Assembly: GCF_009914755.1 (NCBI RefSeq)
Contig: NC_060926.1
Origin: the human T2T-CHM13v2.0 reference genome, Homo sapiens
Strand: one strand, 5' to 3'
Length of the DNA stretch: 64,000 nucleotides
Part shown: piece after piece, positions 15,617 through 30,360 of the stretch
Numbering within the stretch: the stretch's first letter is position 1
Layout: every line of letters starts with the position of its first letter
Notes under the pieces: generated by a model
Database searches by the model: none
What the model was told of the DNA's origin: nothing
Seen by the model: the letters and a program-made list of their open reading frames with translations, nothing else
Program-made: the position numbers and the translations under genes

Positions 15617-18600
15617 ATGGTAAACTTTACAGCAATACTAAGGAAATATAAAGTAAAATGGCACAAGTAAATTTATTTATAATTAGTAAATTATATTTAT
15701 TAATATAAATGTTAAATGGATTAAGTAATAGTCGATTAAATAAAATAGATTAAACAATCAAACAAAAAAGCAAAGATTGTCAGACTGGATTTAAAAAACC
15801 ACGTTCCAACTCTATGCTGTCTATTGGAAACACTGTTTAGGTTCAAAGATACAAATAAATTGAAAGTTAATGTTAAAAAATATATATCATCCAAGTGACC
15901 ACCACAAGAAAACCGGAGTGGCAATACTGATCACAGACTAAAAGAAAATATTTTACTAAAGATAGAAAGGAACATTGTATAATGGTAAAGGGCTAATCCA
16001 TTAAGAATATATAAGAATTACAAACATGTACTCCCTTAATAACACAGTATCAAAACACATGAAGCAAAAGCTGAAGGAAATGAAGAGAGAAATAGACAAT
16101 TCAAAAATAATAGTTGAAGACTTCAATACCCCTCTTTCATTAATGGATAGAATTACTAGGCAGAAGGGCAGCAAAGAAACAAAAGAGTTGAAGAACACTA
16201 TAAACCAACTGGACCTAAGAGACATCTATGGAACACTCTAACCAGCAATGAAATATGCATTCTTCTCAAGTGTGTGTGGAACATTCTCCAAATAGGCCAT
16301 CAAACAAACCTCAGTAAATTTGTAAGTATAAAAATAATGTAGCTGTTTTCCAATCATAATGGAATGAAATTAGAATTAGAAATTTGGAAACTCATGAATG
16401 TATGGAAATTAAATAAAACTCCTAAATTATCAACCGGGTCAAAGAAGAAATCAAAAGGGAAATAATAAAGTACTTTGAAATGAATGGGACTAAAAGCGCA
16501 ACATACCAAAACATATGGAATGTGGCTAAGGTATTTCTTAAAGGAAACTGTCGCTTTAAGTGTCTATATTAACGATAAAGAAATATCTCAAATTAACAAC
16601 CTAAACTTCAACCTAAACCACTGGAAAAGAAGATCAAACTAACCCTACAGCAAATAAAAGAAGTGAAATATTAAAAATAAATAAAAAGAGTAGAAATTAA
16701 TGAAATAGAGAATAGAAAAAAACGGAAAATCAATGAAACCAAAGCTGATTTTTGGATAGGTCAAGAAAATTGATGAACTTTTAGTTAGGCTGACCAAAAT
16801 AAAAAGAGAGAAGATAAATTAGTGATATCAGAAATAAAAAGGGGATATTGCTATTGCTCTTACAAAAATAAAAATGATTATAAGAGAATACTATGATCAA
16901 TTATATGCTACTAAATTAGAAAACTGAGAGTTAATGGAAAAATTTTTAGAAACACACAACTGTCAAAACTGACTCAAGAAAAAAAAAATGTAATATGAAT
17001 AGACCTATAAAAAGTAAAGGGATTGAACTAGCAATTTTAAAAAATACTCACACAAGAGAAAACCTAGGGGGCCAGAGGACTTCACTACTGAATTGTATGA
17101 AATATTTAAAGAAGAATTAATACCTATTTTTTGTAAACTCTTCAAAAATATAGAAGAGGGACACTTCACAACTCATTCTATGAAGCCAGTGTTACTGTGA
17201 AAAGAAGATTAAACGAAGACATCACAATAAAGAAAGCTACAGTCCAATGTGTCTTATGAATCTGGACATGAAAACCCTCAGCAAAATGTTAGCAAACTGA
17301 GTGAAAAAAAAAAGAGAGAATTACATACCACAGCTAAGAGAAAATCTACCCCAGTATGTGAGATTAGTTTAATAATCATAATGTAATACCCCATATCAAT
17401 AGAATAAAAAGCAAAAATCATGCAATCATCTCAATAGATGCAGAAAAAGTATTTGACAATATTTAACATCTTTTTAATGATATAACCACTCTACAGGCTA
17501 GGAACAGGAGAGAACTTCCTCAACCTGGTCAAAGATATCCATAAAAAACCAAGAGTTAACATCATATTTACTGGTGAAAGACTGGATATTTTCTCATTAA
17601 GATCAGAAACAAAAGAAGAATGTCCTCTTTCCACTTCTATTAAATATTGTACTAAAGTTCTAGCCAGGGCAAATAAGAAAATAAACAAAAAAAATGGCAT
17701 CCCAATCGGACCACAAAAAGTAAAACTATCTCTGTTTGCAGACGACATGATCTTGTATATAGAATAGCCTAAGAAACTCACTTTAAAAAAAGAATAAACA
17801 AGGTCAGCAATACTGCAGAATTTGGTTTCAACGCACAAACATCAATTGTCTTTCTTATACTTGCAATATCCATCCAAAAAGAAATTAAGAAAAAATCAAT
17901 TTATAATAACATTAAAAAGAATAAAATACTTAACAAAGTATCCCATGCTCATTAATCAGAAGACATACGATTTGGATAGCAATATCCCCCAAACCGATCT
18001 ACAGATTTAATGTAATACTCATTAGATCTAGCTGATTTCTTTGTAGAAACTGACAAGCTAATTCTAAAATTGATATGGAAATTGTAAGGGACCAAGAAGA
18101 GCCAAAACATTCTTGAAAAAAGAACAAAATATGAAAAACTCATACTTCTCAATTACAAAACTTAATTGCAAAGCAATGGTAATCAAGACAATGTGACATT
18201 AGAATAACCATAGATATATAAATCAATGGAATAGAATTGAAAGTCCAGAAATAAATCCCATGCCTATATGGTCAACTCATTTTTGACAAGACTACCAAAA
18301 CCATTCAATGAGAGAGTAATAGTTTTTTCAACAAGTAGCATTGGAATAACTGAATACCACAAGTGAAATAATAAAGTTTTACTCTTACTTCATACTATTT
18401 CAAAAGCTAACTCAAAATGGATCAAATAATTAAATGTTAAGACCTGAAACTACAGAAACCTTAGAAGAAAACATAGGGATAAATCTTCATAACCTCACGT
18501 TTGGCCATAGTTTCTTCTGTCTGACAACAAAAGCACAGGTAGCAAAAGAAAATATAGACAAATTGAGCTTCACCAAAATTAAAAACTTTTGTGCATAAAG

Positions 18601-19679
18601 GAATGCTATCAAAAAAGTGAAAAAGACAATCTACACAATTCAAGAACATATCTGAAAACCATATATCCAATAAGAGTCTATTACCTAGAATATATAAATA
18701 ACTCTTACAACTCAACAATAAAAAGACAAACCCAATTTAAAATGGACACAGGACTTAGAGATTTCAGAAGAAGAAACACAAATGGCCAACACACACACAC
18801 ATACACACACAAAGATGCTCAACATAATTTATCATTAGAAAAATGCAAATCAAAACCACAATAATGAGATACCACTTTACACCCACTAGGGTGGCTATAA
18901 TAATAGTGTTAACAAAAAAAGAAAATAATAAGAGTTGATGAAGTAGTAACGAAACTGGAACTCTTGCACATTCCCAGTGGGAATGTAAAATGCTGTAGCT
19001 ACTGTGGAAAACAATTTTGGTGGTTCTTCAAATATTAAAACATAAAATTACCACATGACCCAGCAATTTCACTCCTAAGTATATACCCAAAAGAATTAAA
19101 AACAGGAGTTCAAGCAAAACCTCATATACAAATATCACAGCAGTGCTATTCACAATAACCAGAAAGTGAAGATACCCAAATATACATCGATGAATGGAAT
19201 GGAAAGCAAAATGTAATATATCCATATACTGTAATAATATTCATCCATAAAAACATTAAGTACTGATACAGTAATATGTAAGAATCTTGGAAACATGCTA
19301 AGTTAAAGAAGTCGGTAACAAAAGACCGCATATAATATGATTCTGTTTATGAAATCTCTTGAATAGGCAAATCTATAGATACAGAAAGCTGCTTAGAGAT
19401 AGGGAGACGGGGCACATGAAAGTAATTGCTAAAGGATATGGGGTTTCTTTTTTTGGTGACTGAAATATTCTAAACATGACAGTGGTGATAATTGCACATA
19501 TCTGTGAATATACTAAAAATCATTTAATCGTACACTTTAATGGGTGAGTTTTATGTAAATTATATCTCAATAAGCCTTTTAAAAAAAAAGAAAAGAAAAA
19601 GAAAAAGCTATGGTGCATCAAAAATTACCTGAATCATCTTTTCAGAAAGGTTGATATTAAAAAAAGAAAAGGTTAGTGT

Positions 19680-19701
19680 ACACACACACACACACACACA
19701 C
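19680..19701. repeat. (CA)n microsatellite
   Basis: Read directly. Confidence 0.95.
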
Positions 19702-21524
19702 TCCCTCATATTAAGGTGATTTAAGTGAAGATCTGAGAAAGGTAAGGAAAGTAAAAATGAACATGTATACAAAGAGAAGCTCAAGAGTGAAGCACGGACA
19801 CATGCTATATGCTTGTCCATGGGTTGGTACCTGATGGCCAGCTGAGTTTAACAGCTAAGGCCAGCTTCTGGCAAAATTAGCAAGCCATCTTTTCCCTGAG
19901 AGTCAGTTTCACTACCCAGCACCTAGCTCTCTTAGAACTTTTCCTTTTAACTGATTGTCAGGAAATCCCTACAAAAGTGTTAACTGACAATTTAGGCATG
20001 AGTCTTTGTGGGAGGTTTGGCAGAAGGAATTGTTCTTTGAATTTTTACAAGAAGCTTCTGGAAAAAAAAAATGGTTACAAAGAAGGAGGTGGAATTTTGA
20101 GAAGGGGAAAGTGCTGCTAGTGGCCGTGGTTCCTGTGTGTTCATGCAGCTGCTGCTTCCACAGGGAGTCCCCACAAGGCATCCTTTCTCCATGAGCTCTG
20201 CTGAGCCATCGCCCTGACATAGCCACGTAATGGAACAGCCACCCTCTTCCTCCCCCACCCCAATGTGCATGCACAAGGGACATCTGCCACATTTACCCAA
20301 CTCAAAGAGAACAAAAAATGAAATCTTAACACACTGTTTCTGAAATTGTTAAAGTTCACCTAACATTATAACAAAATACAAGGAAAACATTCATAGACAA
20401 GGCATTTCTAAAATTGGCATAATATCTAAGTAATGTTTAATAATAGTTTAAACTATTTTGATCCTCTTATAGAAGACTATATGGAGAGCACACAAAGTTA
20501 AATTATAGTATGCCCATAAGTGTGGAAAAATAGGGTATATATAATGCCATCAAAGATGTCTTAATCTGCTCTATTAAGATATTATCTATGTTGACAAGAT
20601 TTGTGGACACCCTGCAGATACTCAGATGCCATGCAATGTGCTGAATGCTGTTCCATGCTCACCCTGAGGAAGGACTCCACCTTTATCACATCCCACTCAA
20701 AGTAACTGCAGTGCCACAAGACCTTAGAGGATGTTAAGAGTTGACTGATGTTTGATAAGGAATTAAAGTAGAAATTTATATCTCATATCTTTCAGCAAAA
20801 CTTTATAACAAAACACATGCAATGTAAAAATCCCCATGAGACCTGCCTGTTCCCCAGGTCGTTAAGGCCCCCTTTAGCTGTGGGCCACTTCATCTCTTCT
20901 TTCACCCTTCTGCCATCCCACCCTCCTGCCTCATGGGCTCCAGCCTCTTCATTCCCAGAGATCTTCCCGAGGAGTCCCTTTCTTAATACTTAATAGAACC
21001 ATGTAGCTCTCTGAAAACTTCTCCAGTCCTGTGTCCTCAGAGCCATCGTTCAGCTCAGAAAAACAAACACACAAACAAACACTATCACCACCACCACAAC
21101 AAACAAGCAACAAGGAAAATCTGAGATCTATCTGCCATTCCTAGAAGGGGCTTTGAAGAAAAGGGGTAGGATTGCAAATATTTGTATAATACATGATTTT
21201 TTTCTTTCACAAATTATATCACTTTCTCTGCCACCGTTTACATTCCCACATTTCATAGACATTGGCTGAGTATTCATGTGGAAGCCAGCCCCATGCTAGG
21301 ACCCTTCCAGGCTTCAGGGCTTTTTCAGCCCTGCTTACAGTTTACAATCCATCATTTCAGCCCCTCTCTTACCAGTGTCTTCAGTTGCCTGTACAATGTG
21401 AGCCCATTTGAAATAAACCTTAAATCTAGAAAAATTTAATAATTCCCACTCTTTGTATCCACATCTAGGTTGTTAATTCAGTAAAGAAAAAGAAATCATT
21501 CAATCCTTGCCATTTGTTGCCAGC

Positions 21525-21820
21525 ACTCATTTATTCAGTCGCCCATACATTTATTCCACAAATGTACATTACAAGGCCTGATATGTTCCAGGTACTAGAG
21601 ATAGAGCAGTGAACAATAATAGCTAACACTATGTGGCCAGGTATTTTATATGCATACATTTTCTTAATTCTCACCACAATCCCATGTAAGAAGTACTTGT
21701 ATTATTTACATTTTCAAGATGAAGAAAGTTAAGTGGAGAAATATATGACCTATACAAGTCTCTGAGCTGGTGAAACCCAAAAAGGGACCTAAACTCAGGA
21801 AAGATGACTCTTGACATCTC
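21525..21820 (-). mobile_element. L2 3' fragment followed by MIR
   Basis: catttattc...tatgttccaggtactagagatagagcagtgaaca, then aattctcaccacaatccc...cattttcaagatgaagaaa. Confidence 0.65.
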
Positions 21821-22399
21821 TCTGTTGTTCTCCCTCTGGTTTCTATGCACATGGAGCATAAAGATTATGAAGGAAAAAAGATATTGTACATACATTTCTC
21901 AAATAAGTAATATGTGAAAAAAGTGTTACTACAAAGAACGTATTGAACACTTGGGAATGTATAGGTAGTGGTAATTAACTTAATCAACACATTCAGTGAA
22001 ACTGTATCACTGCCCGAAAATCCTAATCGATTTCTCTTATCTCTCTCTCTGCCGACCTCCACAGTGGTTATTTCAAACATTTCCCCACCTGATTCAAAGC
22101 ACTGTTCTTCTTCCCCTTCTTCTCCTGCATACTAAGTTTATGACTTCTCACTTGATAGATCCTTCCACTTACTAATCCTCAAGCTATATACTTTCTATAT
22201 CCAGAACTGATGCTCAGCCAGTAGGCTCTTGGTTCAGACATTTAATTATTGAAACACAGGCATACTTCTAGTCCAATTAATGTCTGCTTCCTGCCTGGAA
22301 TCCACTCGTGTGACCTCTAGCCCTGGTCCCCATACTCCTGCCACTAGGGGCCCCCAGAACTACTTCTTTTCCAGCAACTAAAGCATCTCCTTCCTTCAT

Positions 22400-23325
22400 C
22401 TTATGGTGAAATAAATGTTTTCTCTCTTGGAAATGCTTTTTGGGGCTTGTTTTTTCTGTTTTTTGAATGTTAGTGTACCTCAGGATTCTAACCATGGCTT
22501 TCCTCAATTTATGCCCTATGGCATCTTCATGAATGATATTATCCACATGTACAGCAGCCTCAACTGCAATCCTCAAACTAATGATGACAAATAAATAACT
22601 CTAGTTCAGACCATCTTTTCAAGGGCCAGCTCTTCGTGTCCAAATGCCTACTGAGTGTCTTAACTTGGGTGTCTCACAAGCAACTCAAACTTTTCATGTG
22701 ATCATCATCTGCACTGGTCACCCTAACCTCCTGCTCCTTTCACATACCCTAATTCAGTGAGTGGTCCTAAGCACACCCAATTATCCAAGCCAAGGATCAT
22801 TCTTGAACATTCTGTCTTGTGTACTCTCAATTTCGATCATGTCTTCTTCCTAATTATCTCTTAAACCTGATGATCTTCCCATCCACACCAAAATCACCAT
22901 AGTCTGGCAACTTCAATTTCTTTTTATTCTTTGCCAGAACACAAAGGGAAGTCTGGCCTTTTTTTTTTTTTTTTATTACACATCTATGCCTTTGCCTGGA
23001 ATACTCTTAACCCTTCTGCATCCCTTTGCCAAACTAATTCAATTTCACTCTTCGAAATTCAGGTATCACTTACTCCAGGCAGCCTTACATGAATATGCCA
23101 TATGCTGAAATAGGTACCCCTAATATGTTCCCTTAAAATCTTGCACCTCCCAAAGATGTACTAATTCACTAATTTGTGTTTTATTGTCTGTCTTTCCTCT
23201 TCAATTTTAAGCACCAGGAGAGAAGACACTACATCTGTTTTCTTCACTGTATTACCAGTGACTAGTGAGGTGTCTGGCACATAGCAAGTAGGTCAAGAAA
23301 TAGTTTTTGAAACAGTAAGTGGATG
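22400..23325 (+). mobile_element. L2 LINE 3' region
   Basis: tccaaatgcctact...tctcacaagcaactcaaact...cttcactgtattaccagtgactagt...gtctggcacatagcaagt. Confidence 0.75.
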
Positions 23326-26300
23326 ATAAGTAATGAAAATGTCCCAGTTCCTGGGTACCTTATGTTATAGCACAGAAAAAATATTTGTCAATAAATTCAA
23401 CACCAGGCAATATGTTTTACAATAGAGCTATGTACCAAGTGCTTTGAGAATCCAGAGGATAGAGTAATACATTATAGAAGGATATTTCCCATAGAACAAA
23501 CACCTCTGATATGTTAGTTCTTTGAGGTCACAGAATCGTATACATTTACATGGGATCCATAAACTGCTATACAGTATGTTATAGATAGTAAGTATTGTAT
23601 GAACTGCAACTCTACTCCAAACATTCAGAGTAGACACAAACATTCAGAGTCCCCACATTAATGGGAACTCTGTTTATTTTTTACATGTTGCTTCCAAGTT
23701 TACACCATTCTAGCTCACGGAGTAGCATGTGTGGGAGGGTTTAGTGGCTAAGTCTTGAAGTGATATACATTACTTAAACTTGCATTCCATTGAAGGGAGA
23801 TAAATCACAAACCTATACCTAATTGTAAGAGGGCTGAGAAAAGTACTATATTGAAGAAATCATAGCCCAGTAATAATCCTGTTATTGCAGATGCAGAGAA
23901 TATATTAGATAGATAAAAGTCTCTGCAACAAATTTATACACACTTGAATTAAAAACTAGGCCCTACCAAAACCTTTCTGTGTGACAGTATGTAAGATTGT
24001 ACTGCTCTTATGACAATGAAACTTTCATATATGCATGTCTATATATGACATGATGGTTGACATATATGGCCTTATAGACAAGTACCTCTTTAAATATATA
24101 TATAATATATATATGTGCATATATGTCTGTATATTTATTCAATTTTCTGTGTTTTTGCCTCATTTATTTTTAAGAGGTTCCCAGTATCTCTGCCCCTTAT
24201 TTCTCAAAGTTGTAGGGCATGAGATCTTCTTGGCTTCTGTTAATTTCAGGGTCCTTTGCTACACGTAAAGCCACATGAAGGTTTCCATGATTGTCATGTT
24301 ACATCAAGTGGACATTCTCTGAAGCTAGTTCTATCTCTGGGATGGGGCTCCCACTTGTACTGATGCCAGTGCTAGATACTAGCTACTGTTTCCTATGGCT
24401 GTGTCCTAAAGTAACTCTCTACCAACACTGACTCTTGGTATATATCATTGGAGATCTATTGGCCCATTGTTTGGTAACACTCAATTACTGTCCTGAAAAA
24501 ACCCTGAAGTAACAGGAAGCTGTGGGACAGAGGTCGGGAGAGGAAAGATCTGTGTAAAAATGTAACTATAAAAATCTACATGGGGTAGCTTTGAGTGTTT
24601 GAAGAATATTAATCCATCTATTTGTGGGGCTGAATTTCATGAGACCAGGCAAAGAATAACGGGGAACTAAAAACTGACAATTCTCAAAGCTCACATACAA
24701 TGAAGAGATTTAGATTTAGTAAAGGTTTCATTAAGGTCATGCTTTAGTAGCAGGGCTAAACTATCTTTAGAGTAAATGCTGCTCTGGAGCCACCCTACTC
24801 AAGCTTAAAAATAAGCCTTGAAAAAAAACAAACTGATCTATAAGTAACATAACAAGCCATCAAAACAGAACGCAACATTCTTTAAAGAAATATAACTAAA
24901 TCCAGTCAAATAATAATGTTTGTTTGGATGCTAGATATTATGATTATTAAGAGGTTGAACACACCAAGAAACAGGAAAATGCAACTCTTAAGAAGAAGAA
25001 ATTATCAACAGAAAAAGGCAAAGAAATAACAAATGAGATGAAACAGCAGACAAAGACTTTAGGACCACTGTTACAAGTATGCTTTATATACTCAAATAAT
25101 TAAGGAATTAAGAGAGAAATTATGGATAGAAAAAGAATCAAACTGTTCAAGATATATATAATTTTGAAATAAAAAAGTTACTGCTTAATATGAATAGCAG
25201 ATTGGAGACTGTTAGTGGACATGATGACACAGCACTAGAATCTATCCAAACTAAGATACGGAGAAATAAAGACTTAAAGAAATAAACAGAACCACAATGG
25301 GACAATTTCAAGCAGTCAAATACATATACAATTGGAGTCTCAGGCAGATGGCATGGGAGGACTCAGATAGTCGACATGGGAGGACCCAGAGGGGAGAAAG
25401 AAGAAGGAAAAACTATTTTAAAACATATAGCTAAAAACTTTTCAAATTTCAAGACTATACTCAAATAGATCCAAGAAGCTAAACAAGTCACAAGCAGAAT
25501 AAACACAAAGATAACTACACCAAGTGATAAAGAGAAACCCTTAAAATTAGGCAGAGAATATTGTCATAGGTCAAATAAGATTTGAAGATTATATTGACAA
25601 TACTTATGTTATTTTCCTTCAGGTGTCATTTACAAAATTAATTTAAATTATAATTTATTCTTATTATTTAATGAAGTTTCTTTTAAAGTAATCTGGGTAA
25701 TTATGTGTTACTGAATGTAAAATCAAAGTTTCTTTCTGAAATCACTAAAAATGTAGGCAGAGAAAAAAAGACACTAAACAGGTAGAATAAGATAAAGATA
25801 ATTCAGACTTCTTACAAAAAATATGCAATTCAGAAAACAATGGTTCAGAAAACAATGGAAAGATATTTTTAAGTGCCAAAGGAAAAAAAATAAAGCTGTG
25901 AACCTAGAATTCTATATTTAGTAAAAATATGCTTCAAAAATGAACACAAATAAAGACTTTCAGACAGACAAAAACTAAAAAAATATTGTCGTCAGTCGAT
26001 CTACACTACAAGAAAAGAAAGAAAGGGACTGCTAAATGAATTTTTTAGGGAAGAAGGTAAATAATACCAGATGGAAACTTGGATCAACACAAAGAATTAA
26101 GAATGATAAAAATAGTAAATATATGAATAAACTTTTAAAAATTCTCATTTATAAAAAACTTATTTAAAAGATAAACTTTATAAAGAAAAACCACAATGAA
26201 TTGTTGGCATATAGAACTAAGATTATGATAGGCACACAAAGAATAAGAGGAAAAAATAGAATTATATTATTGTATGTTCCCTATATTATAGTTATGGGGG

Positions 26301-26437
26301 AACATTACTTGAAATTAGACTGTGAACATAGAATGCATATGTTATTTAGCTCAATTTAACCTTTCACAATGTATACGGACTTCAAAATACCATGTTATGG
26401 ACAATAAACAAATACATTTTTTAATGTAGTTAATTAA

Positions 26438-26968
26438 TTAAAATGTAAATTGATCTTGCGATAGTTTACTGAGAATGATGATTTCCGATTTCATCCATGT
26501 CCCTACAAAGGACATGAACTCATCATTTTTTATGGCTGCATAGTATTCCATGGTGTATATGTGCCACATTTTCTTAATCCAGTCTATCATTGTTGGACAT
26601 TTGGGTTGGTTCCAAGTCTTTGCTATTGTGAATAATGCTGCAATAAACATACGTGTGCATGTGTCTTTATAGCAGCATGATTTATAGTCATTTGGGTATA
26701 TACCCAGTAATGGGATGGCTGGGTCAAATGGTATTTCTAGTTCTAGATCCCTGAGGAATCGCCACACTGACTTCCACAATGGTTGAACTAGTTTACAGTC
26801 CCACCAACAGTGTAAAAGTGTTCCTATTTCTCCACATCCTCTCCAGCACCTGTTGTTTCCTGACTTTTGAATGATTGCCATTCTAACTGGTGTGAGATGG
26901 TATCTCATTGTGGTTTTGATTTGCATTTCTCTAGCAAGAACAAAAAACCAAACACCGCATATTCTCAC
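26438..26968 (-). pseudogene. Open fragment of the L1 ORF2p C-terminus (CCHC region), 176 aa
   Basis: [53 protein letters not shown] is L1 ORF2p. The first ~12 aa come from the antisense strand of the direct segment. Confidence 0.9.
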
Positions 26969-27224
26969 TCATAGGTGGGAATTGAACAATGAGATCACAT
27001 GGACACAGGAAGGGGAATGTCACACTCTGGGGACTGTGGTGGGGTGCGGGGAGGGGGGAGGGATAGCATTGGGAGATATACCTAATGCTAGATGACAAGT
27101 TAGTGGGTGCAGCGCACCAGCATGGCACATGTATACATATGTAACTAACCTGCACAATGTGCACATGTACCCTAAAACTTAAAGTATAATAAAAAAAAAT
27201 AAATTTAAAAAAATAAAATAAAAT
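26455..27224 (+). mobile_element. L1PA2-like 5'-truncated, 5'-inverted (twin-primed) insertion
   Basis: Inverted part 26455-26932; direct 3' end and A-tail 26934-27224. TSD AAAATGTAAATTGAT (26440-54, 27225-39) at a TT|AAAA site. The 3'UTR reads gatgacAAGttag and cttAAAgtat, so it is not L1HS-Ta. Confidence 0.95.
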
Positions 27225-27326
27225 AAAATGTAAATTGATTCTTTATCCTAATAAAATACTGAGACATAAAAAAACTGTAAAGATAAATATATATTTTATG
27301 AAGGCTCCAGTAAGCTACTAACATAG

Positions 27327-27638
<312 letters not shown>

Positions 27639-28349
27639 TAATCCAAAGGAAGGCATGCAAAAAAAAAAAAGAAAAAAGAAAGGAAGAACAGATATTGGAG
27701 AAAGAAAAACAAATACAATAGACAGAAAGCTAAGAATACTGATAATTAGATTAGTGAAAACAATTCAAGCATTCCAATTAAAAGAAAAAGATTGTTAGAG
27801 TGTTTTATGTAAAGCAAAATCCAAATATGTACTGTGTACAAGACATTTACTATACATAGATATATTTATATGTTATATATACACACTATATATATGTATG
27901 GCAATAGGTTCAAGTCAAAGGAAGGATTAAGTTTTATCATGTAAATAATAATAATCATTTTAATAATTAAAAAGTGGTTAAATTAATATCAGACAAAGTA
28001 GACTTCAAAACAAAGAATATTACTAGAGTCATAGAAGGATGTTTTATAAAGGAAAAGGGATCCATTCATCATGAATACATAACTCTCCTAAATGTATAGA
28101 CAGTCAATAACAGAGTTTCAAATATATAAAGCAAATCCTAATAGTACCATAAGAAATATGCAAATAAATGTAAAATTACAGTTGGAAAGTTCAACAGTAC
28201 TGTTTCTGTGAGTGATAAAAAAAAAGATAATAAATCAGTAAGGATAAAGATGAATACTAACAACCAATATGACTTACAGAAAACTCTGTCAAAAACATAG
28301 CAAAATGCACATTGCTTTTAAGGATGCGTTGAAATTTACCAAAAGGGAC

Positions 28350-28929
28350 TGTATTAATCAGGATTCTGCAGAGAAACAGAACCAATAAGATATATATATA
28401 TACATATATATAGATATATGAGAGTAAACATATTATGGGAATTGGCTTATGTGATTATCAAAGCTAAGAAGTCCTACAATATGCTGTCTGCAAGCTGCAG
28501 AACCTGGGAAACCAGTGGCATAGCTCAGTCCAAGTCTGGAGATCTGAGAACCAAGGGAGCCGATGGCATAACTCTCAGTTTAAGATTGAAGGCCTGAGAA
28601 CCCCAAGATCTGATGCTGCAAGTCCCAGAGTCCAAAGGCCAGAGAACCTGGATTTCTGACACCCAAGCACAAGAGAAGATGGGAGCCCCAGCTCTAGAGG
28701 AGAGAGTGAATTTGCCTTTTATTTGCCTTCTTGCTCTATCCCGGCCCTAAACTGATTAGATGGTGCCTGCCCACAGTGGGTGAGACTGGAGCTCTCTTAC
28801 TCCATCCACTGATTTAAATACCAATCTCTTCCAAAAACATCCTCACAGACATACCCAGAAATAATGCCTTAACAACTATTTGGATAACCTTTAACCCAGT
28901 CAAGTTGGCACTTAAAATTAACCGTCAAT
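28350..28929 (-). mobile_element. MLT2 (B-type) ERVL solo LTR
   Basis: tgtattaatcaggattctgcagagaaacagaaccaata(TA)n...ccagtcaagttggcacttaaaattaaccgtca, with flanks gggac/gagac. Confidence 0.9.
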
Positions 28930-29209
28930 GAGACCATACTTGGGTTAACAGAATAAATCCTATGGTGTGTTTAAGACAATTTGTGTGATCTAATTTTGCA
29001 CATCTCTTTCCAGCTCCATATTCTCAATTCATTACTCAGTCACAATGCTATCTTAAAATTTATCATGTGTATCTGCTGATGATAAACACTACCAATATGA
29101 ACTCATAATTTTTTAAAAAATGTGTAGACATATAAGGAAATAATCATAAAATGTGTATTCATAATTTATTATGTAGACATATATTTTCTAAGTCTATTCA
29201 CTGAGGGAC

Positions 29210-30360
29210 TAGGATCAACGAAATACCAATACTAATGAATATGCATACCACCTAGATCTTGGTTCCTGAATAACATTCTTCACAAAATAGAGCAGACATC
29301 CTTGGATAATTGGTTGATTCAAGAGTTTGAGAAGGTAAATATAAAGTAAATCTAAAATAACTAAAAGTACCACAGGAAAAGAAGTGCTAAAAAAATGATG
29401 AGGCATGTCTAAGTGTTGAACTATGCAGCGCTCAACGTAAAAGAATTTATCACAACCAACATCGCAACAACTTGAGCAAAACAAAATAAATAACTGAATA
29501 TGTTATTAAACCATAATGATTTAAATAAATAACTGAATACGTAAATGGAAGAGAAAAAACAATTTTTCCTATAGAAGTATTCCAATTAATAAATATAGAA
29601 GAACAATTTAAATAGAAAATCGCTATTAGTACAGTACAGTAATAAATGATGTAGGAAATAGACATAGGCAAGATTCACCTAATTTTTGCAAGGTTTAGGG
29701 AGCAAAAGTTTAAGCAGAAGCAGAATGTTTGCATAGTTTCCATAATATACAAACAATATGCAAAAAATAGTAATTACAAATAGGAAAATAGTAATTTTAC
29801 CATGGATAATCTTGGAAGACAGTGCCTTAACCAAGTGCCTAAAGCCAACTTTATATCAAAATTTCAATATACATATTGACATTATGCATAACCTGACATG
29901 CATTGAGAAGGGCGTATCACTTTGTAATATTCTTTTCAACAGTTCATGAACTCAATCTAATCATAAGAAAACATCAGACAAACCAAAATGGAGGGACATT
30001 TCAAAAAATAATTGATCCATACACTCCAAAAGCATCAGGACTATGGAAAACAAGGAAGGATGGAGAACTGTCACATATTTTAAAAACTAAAGAGACATAG
30101 CAACAAAATGCAACATGGCATCCGGGATTGCACCCTGGAACAGAAAAAGCACAATAGTGGAAAAACTGGCAAAATTCAAATAACTTCTTTGGTTTAGCTA
30201 ATAACACTCTGTCAAGGTTAGTTCCTTAGTTTTGATCATTGTTCTACGGTTATGTAAGATGCTAACATAATGGAAATCTGGATGAAGGTACAAGGAAACT
30301 CTAAGTATTTCTGCAGTGTTTCTGTAAGTCTAAATCTATCTCAAAATAAAAGATTAAAAT
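29210..30360 (+). mobile_element. L1MC (MC3/4-like) long 3'UTR
   Basis: cctagatcttggtt, ctcaatctaatcataagaaaacatcagacaaacc, caaaatgcaacatgg, gtaagtctaaa...aaaataaaag. Confidence 0.8.

Noticed and set aside
19969-20359. Four overlapping ORFs on both strands
   Set aside because: Explained by locally higher GC. There is no homology or coherent splice structure.
27085-27190. L1HS-Ta (active human-specific) assignment
   Set aside because: It lacks the ACA and 3' G diagnostics, reading AAG (CpG-decayed GAG) and A instead.
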